Assembly: GCA_043228905.1 (NCBI GenBank)
Contig: JBHGNT010000009.1
Span: 248,001-312,000 of the forward strand
Direction of reading: 5' to 3'
Source of the DNA: Azolla caroliniana
Taxonomy: Eukaryota > Plantae > Polypodiophyta
DNA length: 64,000 nucleotides
Below are positions 50,200-63,336 of the stretch, piece after piece. The stretch's first letter is position 1, and each line of letters opens with the position of its first letter. The notes beneath the pieces are model-generated. The model saw only the letters and a program-made list of their open reading frames with translations. It did no database searches and was not told the DNA's origin. Position numbers and translations under genes: made by a program.

Positions 50200-51311
50200 T
50201 TGCCACGTAATGGTTTGCAAATGGTAAGTTGTTGTAACAACTAGATTGATATCACTAGAGATTGGCCAACCACTACATGTTGATGCTCAAAGGAAAGGGT
50301 TTGAGACAAGAATCTATGTGAGCAATACCCTTATAACTATGTATGGGAAATCTGGAACATACCAACAACAGAGAATGTGTTCAGGGGGATGCTAGAGCAT
50401 GACACTAGAGATCTACATATGTAGGTAAGAATCTCCATTCTAGATATGAGTATGTTGATTTCTCTTTTGTATGGTAAGGAGAGACAATCGCAAAACGAGC
50501 AGTTCCTGTCAAGATATGTCAAGCAATACAGTTTGATGCTTGGAAGAAGGGATTCAGGTCTAGTGTCATTATTGGAAGCATGCTTATAAGCATGTACAAC
50601 AAGTATGATGACATTGTAGAAGCGTGTTTTTGTTGCATTATTAGAGCCTGATATTGTGGCTTGGAATGCCATGCTCTCAAGGTATGTTAAGCATCAACAC
50701 GAGCATAATGCTTTTAAATTGTGTGCACAAATGCAAGAAGAAAGCATACCTGAGATGAGTGGACATTTGTGGCCTGTGTTCAAGCATGTGCTAGCCTTGC
50801 AATGAACATGGTAGTAACATACGTAGCATATCGTACGCATACAATACGTATGCTACGTATTTTATAAGTATTCTAAAAAAAATTTATAAGTTCTTAGAAT
50901 ACGTATTTAAAGGTAAAATACGTTGAATACGTTGAGTACGTTGAATACATCGAATACTTAACATCATTGATGTTGAATGCAAAAATACTTTGAATTTGAA
51001 TATTATATAGTAAATTCTAATTATCTTTATTGCCCATGGATAAATGGTGTTTCAATATTTACATAATTATTTTCTTTTTCTCTACTAAAAAAGCCTTAGA
51101 AAATTAATTTTTAAATTATTTACAAATTTAGGCTTAGAAAAAATGGAAGTTCCAAAAGGTTGAATACGTTTAGAATACACGTGGGTATTCTAAAATGTAC
51201 TCTATCTATAAAGTACGCGTTTTTTAACAACAATGGCAATGAAGGAAGAATCAACCAGACTGATATCACTAGAGATTGGTCGAGCACTACATGTTGATGC
51301 TCGGAGGAAAG
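50200..51311 (+). pseudogene. PLS-class PPR gene remnant, disrupted by a hAT MITE and the gypsy element (continues at 58419-58450)
   Basis: Fragments LEIGQPLHVDAQRKGFETRIYVSNTLITMYGKSG, PDIVAWNAMLSRYV and FVACVQACASLA|MKEES...LEIGRALHVDARRK|GFEARIYV rejoin across the insertions. Confidence 0.75.
50807..51235. mobile_element. Non-autonomous hAT-type MITE
   Basis: 8-bp TSD GCAATGAA at 50799-50806 and 51236-51243. Imperfect TIRs CATGGTAGTAACATACG / CATTGTTGTTAAAAAACG (rc). Multiple (A)ATACGT subterminal motifs. Removing it restores the PPR frame. Confidence 0.8.
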
Positions 51312-52028
51312 TGTTATGTACACATAACGTTGGTGAGGGTAGGTCACTAATATTTACATTAGTGAAGGGTATGTTCACTATTATTAAAAAGGGGACTAAT
51401 GATTGGATAGAATGAATGATATGTGCATGCACTATCATGATTTAGACAACCAATGAATAGAGAGCCTTTTAGAAAGGCACATCTATTCAAGGGGCCTAGG
51501 AAAAGGTATAAATATGAGGCTTAGCTACCCTCATAGGAATCACGTCGGAAGGCTGCTGTCGTAGACACCGGTGGTGCGGGCTAGGCTTTCGTCTCGACGA
51601 TCGTGTTTATCTCTTCCAAGGTATTAGTCATCCTAATATCCGGCGGTATGGGACGTCGGTGGTAGGTTGGCTATGTCTAGATCATAGCTCGGGGGTGGTC
51701 GGGTGGAACGGGTTCTTCTATCCAATCTATTTTCTTCCTTTTTACTTGATTTGGTCTATTGATTAGTAATAGACTCTTAACAGTGGTATCAGAGCTTTTA
51801 CTAACAATTTTTTTGTTGTTTTGATGTTTTTTGCGTGTGAGCGAGGGGGATCTAACAAGGCTCGTCATGCTCTTCTCAGGATCAAAACAACACTCTAAAC
51901 CCGGTATTCTTCTTTTTTGATCTTTTCTCTTTTTCTATTATGCGTTCTTTATGGTCGAATCAAATTGATATTACGTTTTATTCTCTTTCTTTCTACCTCC
52001 TACTACGCTACGATTTTACTTATTATTA

Positions 52029-52560
52029 TGCATCGGGCCGAGCGTGTTTGCACTAATCGCACACGCTCAACTCATGGCCTTTTGCATATTGCGATATATA
52101 TCCCACTCTCTCCTCTCTTGAACTCTTACGATAATAATTATTCTTGTGCATTGGGTCGAGCGTGTTTGCTCTAATCGCACACGCTTATCTCATGGCCGTT
52201 TTGCATATGATGTTGAGTATACCACTCTTCCCCTCTATTGAGCCATCACTTGGCCGATTCTAAGGGATGATGTGGCCTTGACGAGGTGTATGTTGCCTAC
52301 CTATGCCACTCTACTCTCTATTAAGCCATCAATTGGCCGATTCTATGGGATGTTGTGGCCTTGACAAGGTATATGTAGCTTACATATGCCACTTTCCTTT
52401 TTAATTAGCCATCAATTGGCTGATTCTAAGGGATGATGTGGCCTTGACGAGGTATATGTCACTTACCTATGCCACTTTCCTCTTTAATTAGCCATTACTT
52501 GGCCGATTCTAGGGATATGTGGTGGTCTTGAGGAGGTGCATGTCAACTACCCTAGGGTTT
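52029..52560 (+). repeat. Tandem repeats in the gypsy 5' leader (2 x about 120 bp, then 4 x about 83 bp)
   Basis: GAGCGTGTTTGC.CTAATCGCACACGCT units at about 52040 and 52158. AGCCATCA.TTGGCCGATTCTA.GGGATG.TGTGGCCTTGAC units at about 52240, 52323, 52406 and 52489. Confidence 0.85.
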
Positions 52561-53536
52561 CGTATCTTAGGGCATGTTTGATTCCATACACCTAATTGTT
52601 GATTATTCTAATTAAATTTTAATTTCATAAGTATTGTTTCACTTATATGATTTTCTAGTAATTATTATTTACCCGCCCACAATTAACTCTCCTTTTTCCA
52701 CTTCCTTTTCATGTATAAAGTATTTACATTGTTTATTTTTAATGTAACCTTTACGTGTAGACTATTTTTTCGTATGGAGTGGCTTGTTGAACGATTTTTT
52801 TTTCAACGGGTCATCTAGGTTTAACTCTTATCATCAAGCCTTAGAAAACGAGTAAAACCATATGAGTTCCCTTATTGATGTTTTACTCATGGATTTGAGT
52901 ATTACATCTTTGCGCACAACACCGTCATCACTTGTATCAATTTGTGGCTTATGTCACAATTGTGCAAGTTATAACAATCATATTGGGATGTATATGTGCA
53001 TACCTTGCACTTCCCATTTATTTGTGACATTGTTTTTTTCGTAGGTAACACATGGGTTCTTTTTTTTTACCCTTGTTTTCGTCACTACTTAACTCTTATG
53101 AGTAGTGCCTTATTTTATCATTTTATCATCACGTTTGCTTATTGCTCGCAAGACTAGAATATTACTTGTGAGTGCACTTGTTTTTTCACGTAATACACTT
53201 TCTCGACCATATAATACATGATGGGTTGGCATTAATATAAGGCTATCTAGGAAATTTCATTGATGTAAGAACCATGGTTGAGCCTCAGGGAGCCGCCATG
53301 ATTACTCAAGATAGAGATCCGAGAAATACATCTTAGCTATGTTTTCCCCCATGGTTTTTAAAACACCATAGTGTTACCATAGTTATCGGATCTCGAATCA
53401 CATCTCATATGTCTAGAGGGGTAAAGACATAAGATACTTTCTTGGATAAAGTTCTTTCAATCAAAATTTCAAGCATTCATTTTGCTTGTGTATTTTCTGA
53501 ACCTCCTTATTTTATTGCATACCCACAGCGTGCATC

Positions 53537-56500
53537 ATGGAACAAGTTTTGAACGCAGTTGGAACGATCTCTCCAAGTGAGACCTCTCAACCCCAATCCG
53601 CATCTCGCACACAAGCTGAGATCACTATTGAGCAATTGCTCACTACTACCTTGAATCAATTGGCCGAAATGAGACAGGCCAATATGGCATTGGAAAAGAA
53701 ATTCCAAGAATTAACTATTGAGTCCAAGAAAGAAGGTGAACCTTCCTTCGTAGTCACGCCTTTCAAGGGAGATAAGAAAGAAAGAACCGAGGAGGCCATT
53801 AGCACTTGGCTTGGTCGTTGGGAGTCTCACTTTGAGCTTCATCCCAAGCCCGATGTAGTAAAAATTGGTTATGTCGGTCGTGAGTTAGGTGGCCGAGCTG
53901 CTGCTTGGTGGCGTGGCCTAAGGACCGCAAAAAACTTACCCACAACTTGGGAAGGTTTCGTTGATGTTTTTAAGAAACAATTCTTGCAGCCACCTTCTCA
54001 AACCGAACAAGCGCAACACTTGCTCACATTGTCTAGTAAGCCATTTACCTCTCTCGAGGATTATGTGCATCACGCTCGGACCCAGATCCAAAAATCGGGA
54101 CTTACGGGTGAGAAATGGTTTGTCGCTTGTTTTTTGAATGGTATTCCCAATGGGGATTATCATTGGATTGTCCATGACAAGGACCCCACAACTTTCGAGG
54201 AAGCCGTCAACATTGTGCTGCGATACCATAGGACTTCCAAGAAAGACCACAATAAACCTGAGTTCGCCAAAACTCCGAATGTCAAGTTCATTGGGAAACG
54301 TAAGCAATCCAGTGACACTCTTGACCGCGACTCAAAGAAACCGAACCTCTTCTCTGCATATTGCAAGAAGTGGGGCCACACAAAGGATACCTGTCGTCGT
54401 CTTGAGAGGAAGTCAATGAACACCCCTCCTCAAGACAAATCTACGAGTCACACAAGTGAGTCTTTTGATATTGTTGAAGTTCATACCAATCACTTAAGTT
54501 TATGTGAATGCACTTTTCCTTCACATTTACTTGGACCTAATGATTTACTCCGAGCAGTCGGATATATCAATGGAACACAAGCACATTTCTTGTTTGATTC
54601 CGGTAGTTCTCACAATTTTCTTAATGATCACTTTGTGCAGCAAATGGAGCTCCACATAAACGCAAGTGATCATATCTATCAAGTTCACATGGCAAATGGA
54701 AACGTTCAATACATCAGTGGCATTGTTTGTCAACTGCCAATTCAAATAGATACTTATTTGGAGAAGCTTGACTTTCATGTTATGAAATTACAATCCGCAG
54801 ATGTCATTTTAGGATATCCTTGGTTTTTTAATAAAAACCCTTCTTTGTCCATTGATTGGGTTAATCACTCAATCACATTTGAACTTAATAATTGTAAACA
54901 TTTTATTCAATGTTCCAAACTTCCTTCTCATTCACTTGTGTCTTCTAAATCTTTAAGTGAGTATTCTAGTTCATTAATTTATTCGTGTGTAATTGATCCT
55001 GCGGTTCAATTTTATTATTTTAATATTGACGCCACACAATTACCACATTTTGAGCAACGATTACTCGACTCTATTTTAGAGGATTTTCAAGATGTGTTTC
55101 CTACTGAATTACCGCTTACTTTACCACCTAAACGTAATGTGGACCATCAAATTGAACTCATCCCTGGGGCTGCTCCTGTGAGCATTCCACCTTACCGACT
55201 TAGTCGATTAGAAGAGGATGAGATCGCTAAACAACTTAAGGAATACTTGAGTATGGGCCACATTAGGTATAGTAAATCACCTTGGGGTGCGCCAGTTCTA
55301 TTAGTCAAGAAGAAGGAAGGTTCGTGGCGAATGTGTATCAATTATCGCCGTTTGAATAAAATGACAATTAAGAATGCATATCCATTACCTCGTGCCGATG
55401 ATTTGATTGATCGTTTGCACGGGGCTCGATATTTTACGAAAATTGACTTACGAACTGGTTATCATCAGATTCGCATCGCCGAGGATGATATTCCTAAAAC
55501 CGCTTTTCGTACGCGCTATGGCCATTATGAGTTTTTAGTCATGCCGTTTGGGTTGACTAATGCTCCAGCCACATTCCAACAAGCGATGAATGATGTTTTC
55601 CGAGATCAACTCGGTGATTTTGTTGTCGTCTTCTTGGATGATATTTTGATATATAGCCGTACCTTGCAAGATCATGTTCAACATGTTCGATTTGTTTTGC
55701 GAAAGTTGCGTGACAACTCTTTCTATGCAAAACATTCAAAATGTGACTTCTTCCAAAAATCTATTGTGTACCTAGGTCATTTAATTACAGAAAAGGGCGT
55801 TGAAATTGAACCTTCTCGTATTGAAAAGGTTAAACTTTGGCCCATTCCTCGTAATATTCGTGAACTTAGATCATTCTTAGGGTTTGTTGGATTTTTACGA
55901 AAATCAATTCGTAACTATTCCAAATTGATTACGCCATTAACTGACCTTTTAAAAGGTCATCCACGTAAGTCTGTCAAACCAATTTCATGGAATGAACAAC
56001 TTGACAAATCATTTGAGACACTCAAGGAGCATGTGTGTCAGGCTCCCACTCTTCTATTACCAGACCCTTCTAAGCCTTTCTCAATTGAAACCGATGCTAG
56101 TGATTATGCTATTGGTGCCGTTCTTTATCAAGGTGGTCACCCTATTGCTTTTGAAAGTAAGAAGCTTGATGCTGCTCAATCTCGGTATTCGGTTCAAGAG
56201 AAAGAGTTGTTTGCGGTAATACACGCACTTAAAACATGGAGGCACTATCTCTATGGAAATAAATTTGTGGTTACAACAGACCATCAATCATTAAAGTATT
56301 TTTGTGACCAGCCCGATCTTGTTGGTCGTAAAGGCCGGTGGGCTTACCTTATGCAAGATTTTGATTTTTCCATACGATATCGCAAGGGTTCTATGAACAC
56401 CGTTGCTGATGCTCTTAGTCGCATTAAAGAAGTTAACATGCTTAGCTTCACGGAAATAAAATCTGATCTTTTAGATCACCTTCGAGGGAAATACCTTGAT

Positions 56501-57940
56501 GACAGTTATTTCTCAAAATACTGGACGAAAGCCGAATCTGGTTTAGATGCCGATACTAGCACCCTACCCTCGAAGGCGACCTTTCACATTACAAACGGTT
56601 TGCTCTACCGTAGTGGAAAGGTCTGTGTTCCAGATTTACCAAATGTTAAACAGAAAATTTTTCATGAATGTCATGATGCACCATCTGCTGGTCATCCTGG
56701 AATACAACGCACACTCGTTCTCATCTCGTGTACTTTTTTCTGGCCTAAGATGCGCTCTGACGTGCATAAATACGTAACTCAATGCTTACAATGTCAGATT
56801 AATAAGTCGGAACGACTTAAAGCTGCTGGTCTTTTACATCCCTTAGATATTCCCAACAATAAATGGGAAAGTATCTCGATGGATTTTATTGTTAGTTTAC
56901 CTCGTACACAGAGGGGTCATGATGCCATATGGGTTGTCGTTGACAGGCTAACAAAATTAGCTAGATTTATTCCTACAAAAACCACGGTAACCGCTCAACA
57001 GTTGGCTTATCAATTTGTTGATGAGTTATTTCATTTTTATGGATTACCGATGGATATTGTTAGTGATCGAGATTCCAAGTTTACTAGTGACTTTTGGACT
57101 CAGGTCTTTAAGAAACTAGAAACTACGTTGAGCATGAGTTCCGCAGATCATCCTCAGTCTGATGGACAAACTGAACGAGTTAATCAAATTATTGAGGACA
57201 TGCTTCGAGCTTATGTAGCAAAAACCCCTTCTAAGTGGGAGCAATACCTTCCTATCTTAGAATTTGCCTATAATAGCTCTAAACATACATCCACTGGATA
57301 TAGTCCTTTTATGTTGATGTATGGTTTTCAGCCACGTGCCCCAGTTGATGTCACGATTCATCATGATACATTAGACAGTACACGCAATTTTTTGCAAGAC
57401 ATGAACCAAATGTTGCATATTGCCAAAGAAAATGTCAAGACAGCTCAAGATCTTGCTCGATTTTATGCTAATCAGGATAGACGTCCTCGTGCATTTACTA
57501 TTGGTCAAAAAGTTTTTTTGCGTGTCCCGACTGATTCTACGTCATTATCTACGGGCAAGTGCGCTAAGTTAGCCCCACGATATTGTGGCCCATTTGAAAT
57601 CCTTAAGCGAGTTGGGTCATCTGCTTATCACCTTGCCTTACCTCGTAACGTTGGTATTCATCCTGTTTTTCACGTCAGTCGTCTAAAACCATTTTTAGGC
57701 TCTGGTGATAACACCATCACAATCCAAGATCTTGTAACATTAGAGGATTTTTCTTACAAACCTCATGTTCCTGAACGAATTCTTGATTCTCGTACTAAAC
57801 GTTTACGTTCTAAAGAGATTCGGCTATTCAAGATCAAATGGACGGATAAACCTATTGATGATGCCACATGGGAACGCGAGCATTCGCTTAAGGCACAATT
57901 TCCTCACTTTATATTGCAAGAGTGCAATCTTTTGAAGTAG
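53537..57940 (+). CDS. Gypsy gag-pol polyprotein (gag, protease, RT, RNase H, integrase, chromodomain), single intact 1467-aa ORF
   Basis: Motifs [79 protein letters not shown] and GQTERVN. C-terminal PERILDSR...[12 protein letters not shown] chromodomain. Confidence 0.96.
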   Translation: MEQVLNAVGTISPSETSQPQSASRTQAEITIEQLLTTTLNQLAEMRQANMALEKKFQELTIESKKEGEPSFVVTPFKGDKKERTEEAISTWLGRWESHFELHPKPDVVKIGYVGRELGGRAAAWWRGLRTAKNLPTTWEGFVDVFKKQFLQPPSQTEQAQHLLTLSSKPFTSLEDYVHHARTQIQKSGLTGEKWFVACFLNGIPNGDYHWIVHDKDPTTFEEAVNIVLRYHRTSKKDHNKPEFAKTPNVKFIGKRKQSSDTLDRDSKKPNLFSAYCKKWGHTKDTCRRLERKSMNTPPQDKSTSHTSESFDIVEVHTNHLSLCECTFPSHLLGPNDLLRAVGYINGTQAHFLFDSGSSHNFLNDHFVQQMELHINASDHIYQVHMANGNVQYISGIVCQLPIQIDTYLEKLDFHVMKLQSADVILGYPWFFNKNPSLSIDWVNHSITFELNNCKHFIQCSKLPSHSLVSSKSLSEYSSSLIYSCVIDPAVQFYYFNIDATQLPHFEQRLLDSILEDFQDVFPTELPLTLPPKRNVDHQIELIPGAAPVSIPPYRLSRLEEDEIAKQLKEYLSMGHIRYSKSPWGAPVLLVKKKEGSWRMCINYRRLNKMTIKNAYPLPRADDLIDRLHGARYFTKIDLRTGYHQIRIAEDDIPKTAFRTRYGHYEFLVMPFGLTNAPATFQQAMNDVFRDQLGDFVVVFLDDILIYSRTLQDHVQHVRFVLRKLRDNSFYAKHSKCDFFQKSIVYLGHLITEKGVEIEPSRIEKVKLWPIPRNIRELRSFLGFVGFLRKSIRNYSKLITPLTDLLKGHPRKSVKPISWNEQLDKSFETLKEHVCQAPTLLLPDPSKPFSIETDASDYAIGAVLYQGGHPIAFESKKLDAAQSRYSVQEKELFAVIHALKTWRHYLYGNKFVVTTDHQSLKYFCDQPDLVGRKGRWAYLMQDFDFSIRYRKGSMNTVADALSRIKEVNMLSFTEIKSDLLDHLRGKYLDDSYFSKYWTKAESGLDADTSTLPSKATFHITNGLLYRSGKVCVPDLPNVKQKIFHECHDAPSAGHPGIQRTLVLISCTFFWPKMRSDVHKYVTQCLQCQINKSERLKAAGLLHPLDIPNNKWESISMDFIVSLPRTQRGHDAIWVVVDRLTKLARFIPTKTTVTAQQLAYQFVDELFHFYGLPMDIVSDRDSKFTSDFWTQVFKKLETTLSMSSADHPQSDGQTERVNQIIEDMLRAYVAKTPSKWEQYLPILEFAYNSSKHTSTGYSPFMLMYGFQPRAPVDVTIHHDTLDSTRNFLQDMNQMLHIAKENVKTAQDLARFYANQDRRPRAFTIGQKVFLRVPTDSTSLSTGKCAKLAPRYCGPFEILKRVGSSAYHLALPRNVGIHPVFHVSRLKPFLGSGDNTITIQDLVTLEDFSYKPHVPERILDSRTKRLRSKEIRLFKIKWTDKPIDDATWEREHSLKAQFPHFILQECNLLK

Positions 57941-58540
57941 GGGAGTATGTTATGTACACATAACGTTGGTGAGGGTAGGTCACTAATATTTACATTAGTG
58001 AAGGGTATGTTCACTATTATTAAAAAGGGGACTAATGATTGGATAGAATGAATGATATGTGCATGCACTATCATGATTTAGACAACCAATGAATAGAGAG
58101 CCTTTTAGAAAGGCACATCTATTCAAGGGGCCTAGGAAAAGGTATAAATATGAGGCTTAGCTACCCTCATAGGAATCACGTCGGAAGGCTGCTGTCGTAG
58201 ACACCGGTGGTGCGGGCTAGGCTTTCGTCTCGACGATCGTGTTTATCTCTTCCAAGGTATTAGTCATCCTAATATCCGGCGGTATGGGACGTCGGTGGTA
58301 GGTTGGCTATGTCTAGATCATAGCTCGGGGGTGGTCGGGTGGAACGGGTTCTTCTATCCAATCTATTTTCTTCCTTTTTACTTGATTTGGTCTATTGATT
58401 AGTAATAGACTCTTAATAGAAAGGGTTTGAGGCAAGAATCTATGTGACATCAAAGGTTGGCTACTGTTATGCACACATAAAACAAGGATACGTTTTACAC
58501 TTCCATACTTGAAACCACAACTTTCAAATACTGGTGCCTA

Positions 58541-58735
58541 TAGACCATTTGAGCTTCATTCTCCTAAACCTTGCCCTCTATATTACTGTACATTTTCTTT
58601 TGTACAAGCTCACACCTCTTAGATAGGCAAATACTTTTGCCAGTAGACCATTTGAGCTTCATTCTCCTAAACCTTGCCCTCTATATTATCAAGTACATTT
58701 TCTTTTGTACAGGCTCACACCTCTTAGATAGGCAA
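58541..58735. repeat. Tandem duplication with about 100-bp period (2 copies)
   Basis: TAGACCATTTGAGCTTCATTCTCCTAAACCTTGCCCTCTATATTA...CACACCTCTTAGATAGGCAA at 58541 and 58644. Confidence 0.9.
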
Positions 58736-59114
58736 TCATGCACAAACTATCAAATGTTGAGAACAAAAAATGAGAAGAAAATAGAAATGTTAACGCAACG
58801 ACATAGGTGAGGATAGATCTATATGAAGAAACAAGATTTGGACATTTCCCTGTAACATAAGCTTTTGTTATTTATTAGGTTTGCCAATGGTTTTCTCCAC
58901 TCTGGAGTAGTTCAGTTTAAAGTGTAAATTACAATCATGCATCCCCTCGTTGTTGTATGAATTATATTTATTCTATCTTCTTACCCACTGAGTTCATATA
59001 CTTCATTTAGAAAGAAACAGACATCAACATGCTTCTTTTCACTACGCAAAATGCTTCACACTACCACAGGCATCCTTTGATTGAAGCAAAATTCATCCAT
59101 GAATTATGATTCTA

Positions 59115-59298
59115 TATGGTAAGGAGAGACCATCACAAAATGAACTATTCTTGTCAAGATTTGCCAAGCAATACAATTTGATGCTTGGAAGAAGGGATTT
59201 AGGTCTGATGTCATTGTTGGAAGCATGCTTATAAAGTTATAAGCATGTACCACAAATTGAATCTTCATTCTAGTCTCTAGATATGAGCATGTTGATAC
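59115..59298 (+). pseudogene. Second PPR remnant fragment, paralogous to 50430-50600
   Basis: TATGGTAAGGAGAGAC...GATGCTTGGAAGAAGGGATT.AGGTCT..TGTCATT.TTGGAAGCATGCTTATAA is shared with 50470-50590. Confidence 0.65.
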
Positions 59299-62200
59299 TT
59301 GTAAGAGAGAGAGAGAGAGAGAGAGAGATATTAACGTCTTCTAAGGCCAAATTTGGCCCATGAGACAATTGGTTTACAACAAAAATGAGTGTTTATCCAA
59401 TCATCAAAACTAAAATAAAAGAAAATAACTTAAGCTAAGAGAGTTCTAGTAGTGTACAAAACTTTGCACTAAGCCTAATCTCATTTCCACCCAAGTCTCT
59501 CAAAAAGAAGTGGGAGGTCAAAAGTTTTTGGTGTGGGTGTGACCCATGGTCCCGGTGTATAGAGTGCCCTAGCCATGGCTTCTAGGCAGTGTAGTTTACG
59601 TTCCCTTATTTTCTTTATTGCTTCTACATCTCGTCGAGTTGCTTTGAAACCCGACATCCAAGGGCGTTTGGTTCTTCTTTGATTTTCTGCTTCATCAAGG
59701 AAAAGCCCGAGTGGTACAGGTGTGTCGACATTCATTGTCTCCCCCTGTTCCTGAAAAACTTCATTTGTCACATGTTGGTAAACATTAGCAACATTATTAT
59801 CAACATTTTGTAACTTACTCTCTCTGTGTTGTTTCAATTCTAAGATGTATCTACCTAATTTCTTTATATCTAGTGTATCTAATAGTTTAGGGAGGGTGGG
59901 AGAGGAACCAAGTATGTCTTGGTATTTTGCCCTTATCTCGGCATAGGTGGGGCATTTGCATGTAAAATGGTACTCATCCTCTATCTCTATATGGCATAAC
60001 CTACATATCCTTTCCTCCCTAGGGACTCCATTAGTACGTCCATTCTCAATCTCAAGTTGGTGAGATGATATTCTGAGTTGACCAATGGCAACCCTTAGTG
60101 CATGTGGTAAGAATACATCTAGATATCTTGGCCGCATAATAAAACCTAACTTAGAGAAGTGCAAAAAAGTGTTCCTTATAGTACGACATTTTAGATGGGA
60201 GTGGCTCTAGTGGGGTGATCCATTTATACCGATTATAAATTTGCCATATTTCTTGGTGTATTACTTTATTACGGTCCTCATGAGAGATTAAAGTGTTATC
60301 AGTCGTGTGGTTGTACTTAAGGGGGGGGAGGTTATTAATGTCTAGACCGTTGACAAGAAGCCAACTCACCATCATGCCATACCATGAGCTAGTATAGCCG
60401 GACTCATACAGTGCTCGAGAAGCCTTAAAGGCTTGATGAGATATTCTATCAAGTGGTTGGTTATGTATCCTATGGATAAAGACTACAAGTTGAAAAAGTG
60501 CTTCTACTAACATAGGGGGTAGAGTGAACTCAGCCCTAATAATTTCATGTGGGACCGACGATTTGCTTCGGAGTTGGCGTGATAACATCATCACCAATGG
60601 TCTCTCTAATTGCGTCCACATGAAAGATGGTAGTCCTAGAGCCCAAACCGTCGATGCATACATGAGAGAGGGAGTCACTAATGAGTCAAAGAGCCACCCT
60701 TTAGTTCGTGGCTCTTGGAAGTATGCTTGGTGGCTTTGTCTCTTGAGGAGTGAGAGGGATGCATGTCCTCTTGTAAGTCTATCCTTTGCTGCTTGTGTCA
60801 TCAAAAATTTACCTGAGCAGGCACTGAAAGTGACTCCGAGATAGACATATGATCCAACCACCTCAACTGGGCTATGGGAGATAGTTAGGTGACACTTAGC
60901 TCTAACTTGGGCTGACGTGTGGAAGATAAGGACTTTAGTTTTCCCTAGATTCACTACCAATCCTCGTTGTGTGCAAAAGTCATCTAAGGCATTAAGGTGC
61001 CTTTGTAGGTCATGTTCGGATTTAGAGAGCAAAACAATGTCATCTGCATAGAGCAAGATACGCACCTGCGTATCCCCAAGGACTACTCCATTGTCTCCCT
61101 TACGAGCAATAAAATCTAAGATCTCATCAATGTAGATCCCAAAAAGAGTCGGAGATAAAGGGCAACCTTGTTTTACACCAATAGTGCTAGTGAAACTATC
61201 GGATATGCCACCTGGGCATCGAACAAACCCGAACACTTGTTCATATAGTGTGTAGATGGCCCAAACCATGTCATCTAGTATCCTCAAGCTCTTCAGCCTA
61301 TCAAACAACCGCTCTCTAGGGACCGTGTCAAAGGCTTTGCGGAAGTCCACAAAACAACAATATAGTTTCTTCTTGCGAGCCTTAGTCTGGTCAATTAAGC
61401 ATCTAAGTGTGAAGATATGATCAATAGTGGAGAAGGCTCGTCTAAAGCCAGCCTGTTCAGGTGCACGAATATTTAAGGTCTCCATATAATCGCTAAGTTC
61501 TGCCTCCATTACTGCACCATATAATTTAGCAAGGGTATTACCTATCATAATGGTCCTATAAGTATTTGGGTCCATGGGGTGCCCCCCCTTTATGTATGGG
61601 GGCCATTGTGTTCATGGTCCATTGTGGTGGAAAACCCACTACGAGGGCGCGATTGAAGGTTAGAGTTAGCAAGGGAGCTAGGCACTCTCTCGCATATATG
61701 ATGTGTTCTACTCGCAATCCTGTGTGGTCCATGAACTTCCTATGTTGTAATTTCTTTATGACCTTCGTGACCCTAGAGGTCGTGAAGAGTGTCCCCACAG
61801 TAGGTCGGGGTGTAGAAGCCATTGGAATGGGTGGTTGGTTTGGGATTTGGTAAAGTCTCTCTGTATAGGTGTGCCAAGTTTTGGGATCTTCAATGGGTGT
61901 TTGTGGTCTTGGTTCCCGTAATCTCTTCCATGCAGTGGCACAATCGCTACTCATGAGCATATGGTAGAGTTCCCAATATTGGGATGCCTCCCATGCTCGT
62001 CTCTTACGACGTGTCATCTTGCGCATTTCTTTATGAGCTTGTACTGAGGTAATACTACCACTGAGTTGTGATATTGTAAGTTGTCTATGTAAGCACCTAC
62101 AATCCTCAACATACCATCTATTTTGTGGCATAGATCCTACTTTACCTTGATTGGAGTGTTTCGTGTATGGGAAACTGCTAACTGTTGTAGAGTGAAGGAT

Positions 62201-62536
62201 GTGTGTGAGTTTCGTACTAAGGCTCTCTAAAGGTAGGGAGGGATCAAGGGAGGAGAGATGGGCTTGAACATGTCGAGCATATATGTCAGAGAGCTCATGT
62301 GTGAAACGTATTGTGATGTCATGGTGTGGTTGACTAGAGTTGGTGGCGTTCAAGATATCGCATTTGAGCTCGAAGTATAAGAAACTATGGTCCGCGCCAA
62401 TAGGACATGGGGCCACTTGGAAGGAGTTAATCATGTGGGTCGCTTCAGGGCGTCCTATTAGATAATCAATTGTGCTTTCCTCTCCTCCATGTGGGAAACA
62501 TGTGAGCTCTTCCGAACCTGGCCACTTGGCTAAACC

Positions 62537-62987
62537 TGTTAGGAAACAGGTCCCTCCAGATGGGAAGTGAGAAGAACAATGTTGATGAGCAACTTGTCCG
62601 AATCCGGATGTGGAGTACCCGACAACGGAAGGCCTGGTGAGAATCGGATGTGGAGTACCCGGCAACGGAAGACCCGGTGAGAACCAGATGACGAGTACCC
62701 GGCAACGGAAGACCCGGTGAGAACCGAATGTGGAGTACCCGGCAACGGAAGACCCGGTGAGAACCGGATGACGAGTACTCGGCAAGGAAGACCCGGTGAG
62801 AACCAGATGTTGCAGGCCCGGAGAGAACCTCACATCGGATGGAAGGGACATATATGTAAATATGTTCCAGAGAGCCCGTTGGGGCTATATTTGTAAATAG
62901 CCCGAAAGTCATATTAGTATAAATATGACCTAGGGCAAACTTAATAGTTATGATGATAGAGTTATTGGTGTAACCTCTGTACAGTGC

Positions 62988-63055
<68 letters not shown>

Positions 63056-63336
63056 CATACAGAGATTGTGTCTCTGTTGTAACCGTCGTTAGGCGAAGAT
63101 TGTGAGCAAGAGGTCGTTGCCTCTGTGCTCCCTATTGTATTACTTTACATAGTGATAGTCTGGAATATGTGGACTCCCGTGGTTTTTCCCTCTTAGGGTT
63201 TTCCACGTTAATATCTTGTGTATTCTCTTTTTGTTTTGTCGACTTACCTCCATTCCCATTTCGTCTGTGTTTTGATTGTCATCAAGTGATCTACGTTTCG
63301 GTTGTGGCCAGAGATTAATCCGCGTATTCCACGTCA
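62537..63336 (+). mobile_element. Copia solo LTR (800 bp), related to the A/B family, inserted in the LINE endonuclease region
   Basis: TG...CA termini and TSD AAACC at 62532-62536 and 63337-63341. Shares GGTCCCTCC.GATGGG, GCTATATTTGTAAATAGCCCGAAAGTCATAT and CTCCCGTGGTTTTTCCC..AGGGTTTTCCACGTTAA with the A/B LTRs. Removal restores MVIYNG-LAKWPG. Confidence 0.93.
62600..62810 (+). repeat. 40-bp tandem array in solo-LTR U3 (5 units plus a partial)
   Basis: GAACCGGATG(T/A)(G/C)GAGTACCCGGCAACGGAAGACCCGGTGA. Confidence 0.92.

Larger units (their letters stand above)
51312..58418 (+). mobile_element. Ty3/gypsy chromovirus, full length and very young
   Basis: 471-bp LTRs 51312-51782 and 57948-58418, identical by eye except terminal CA>TA. 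TSD GAAAG at 51307-51311 and 58419-58423. PBS-iMet 51784-51795. PPT about 57934-57945. Confidence 0.97.

Noticed and set aside
61556-62912. 431-aa and 148-aa ORFs with repeated N-termini as novel proteins
   Set aside because: The repeats are the antisense reading of the solo-LTR 40-bp array fused by chance to the LINE ORF2 frame.
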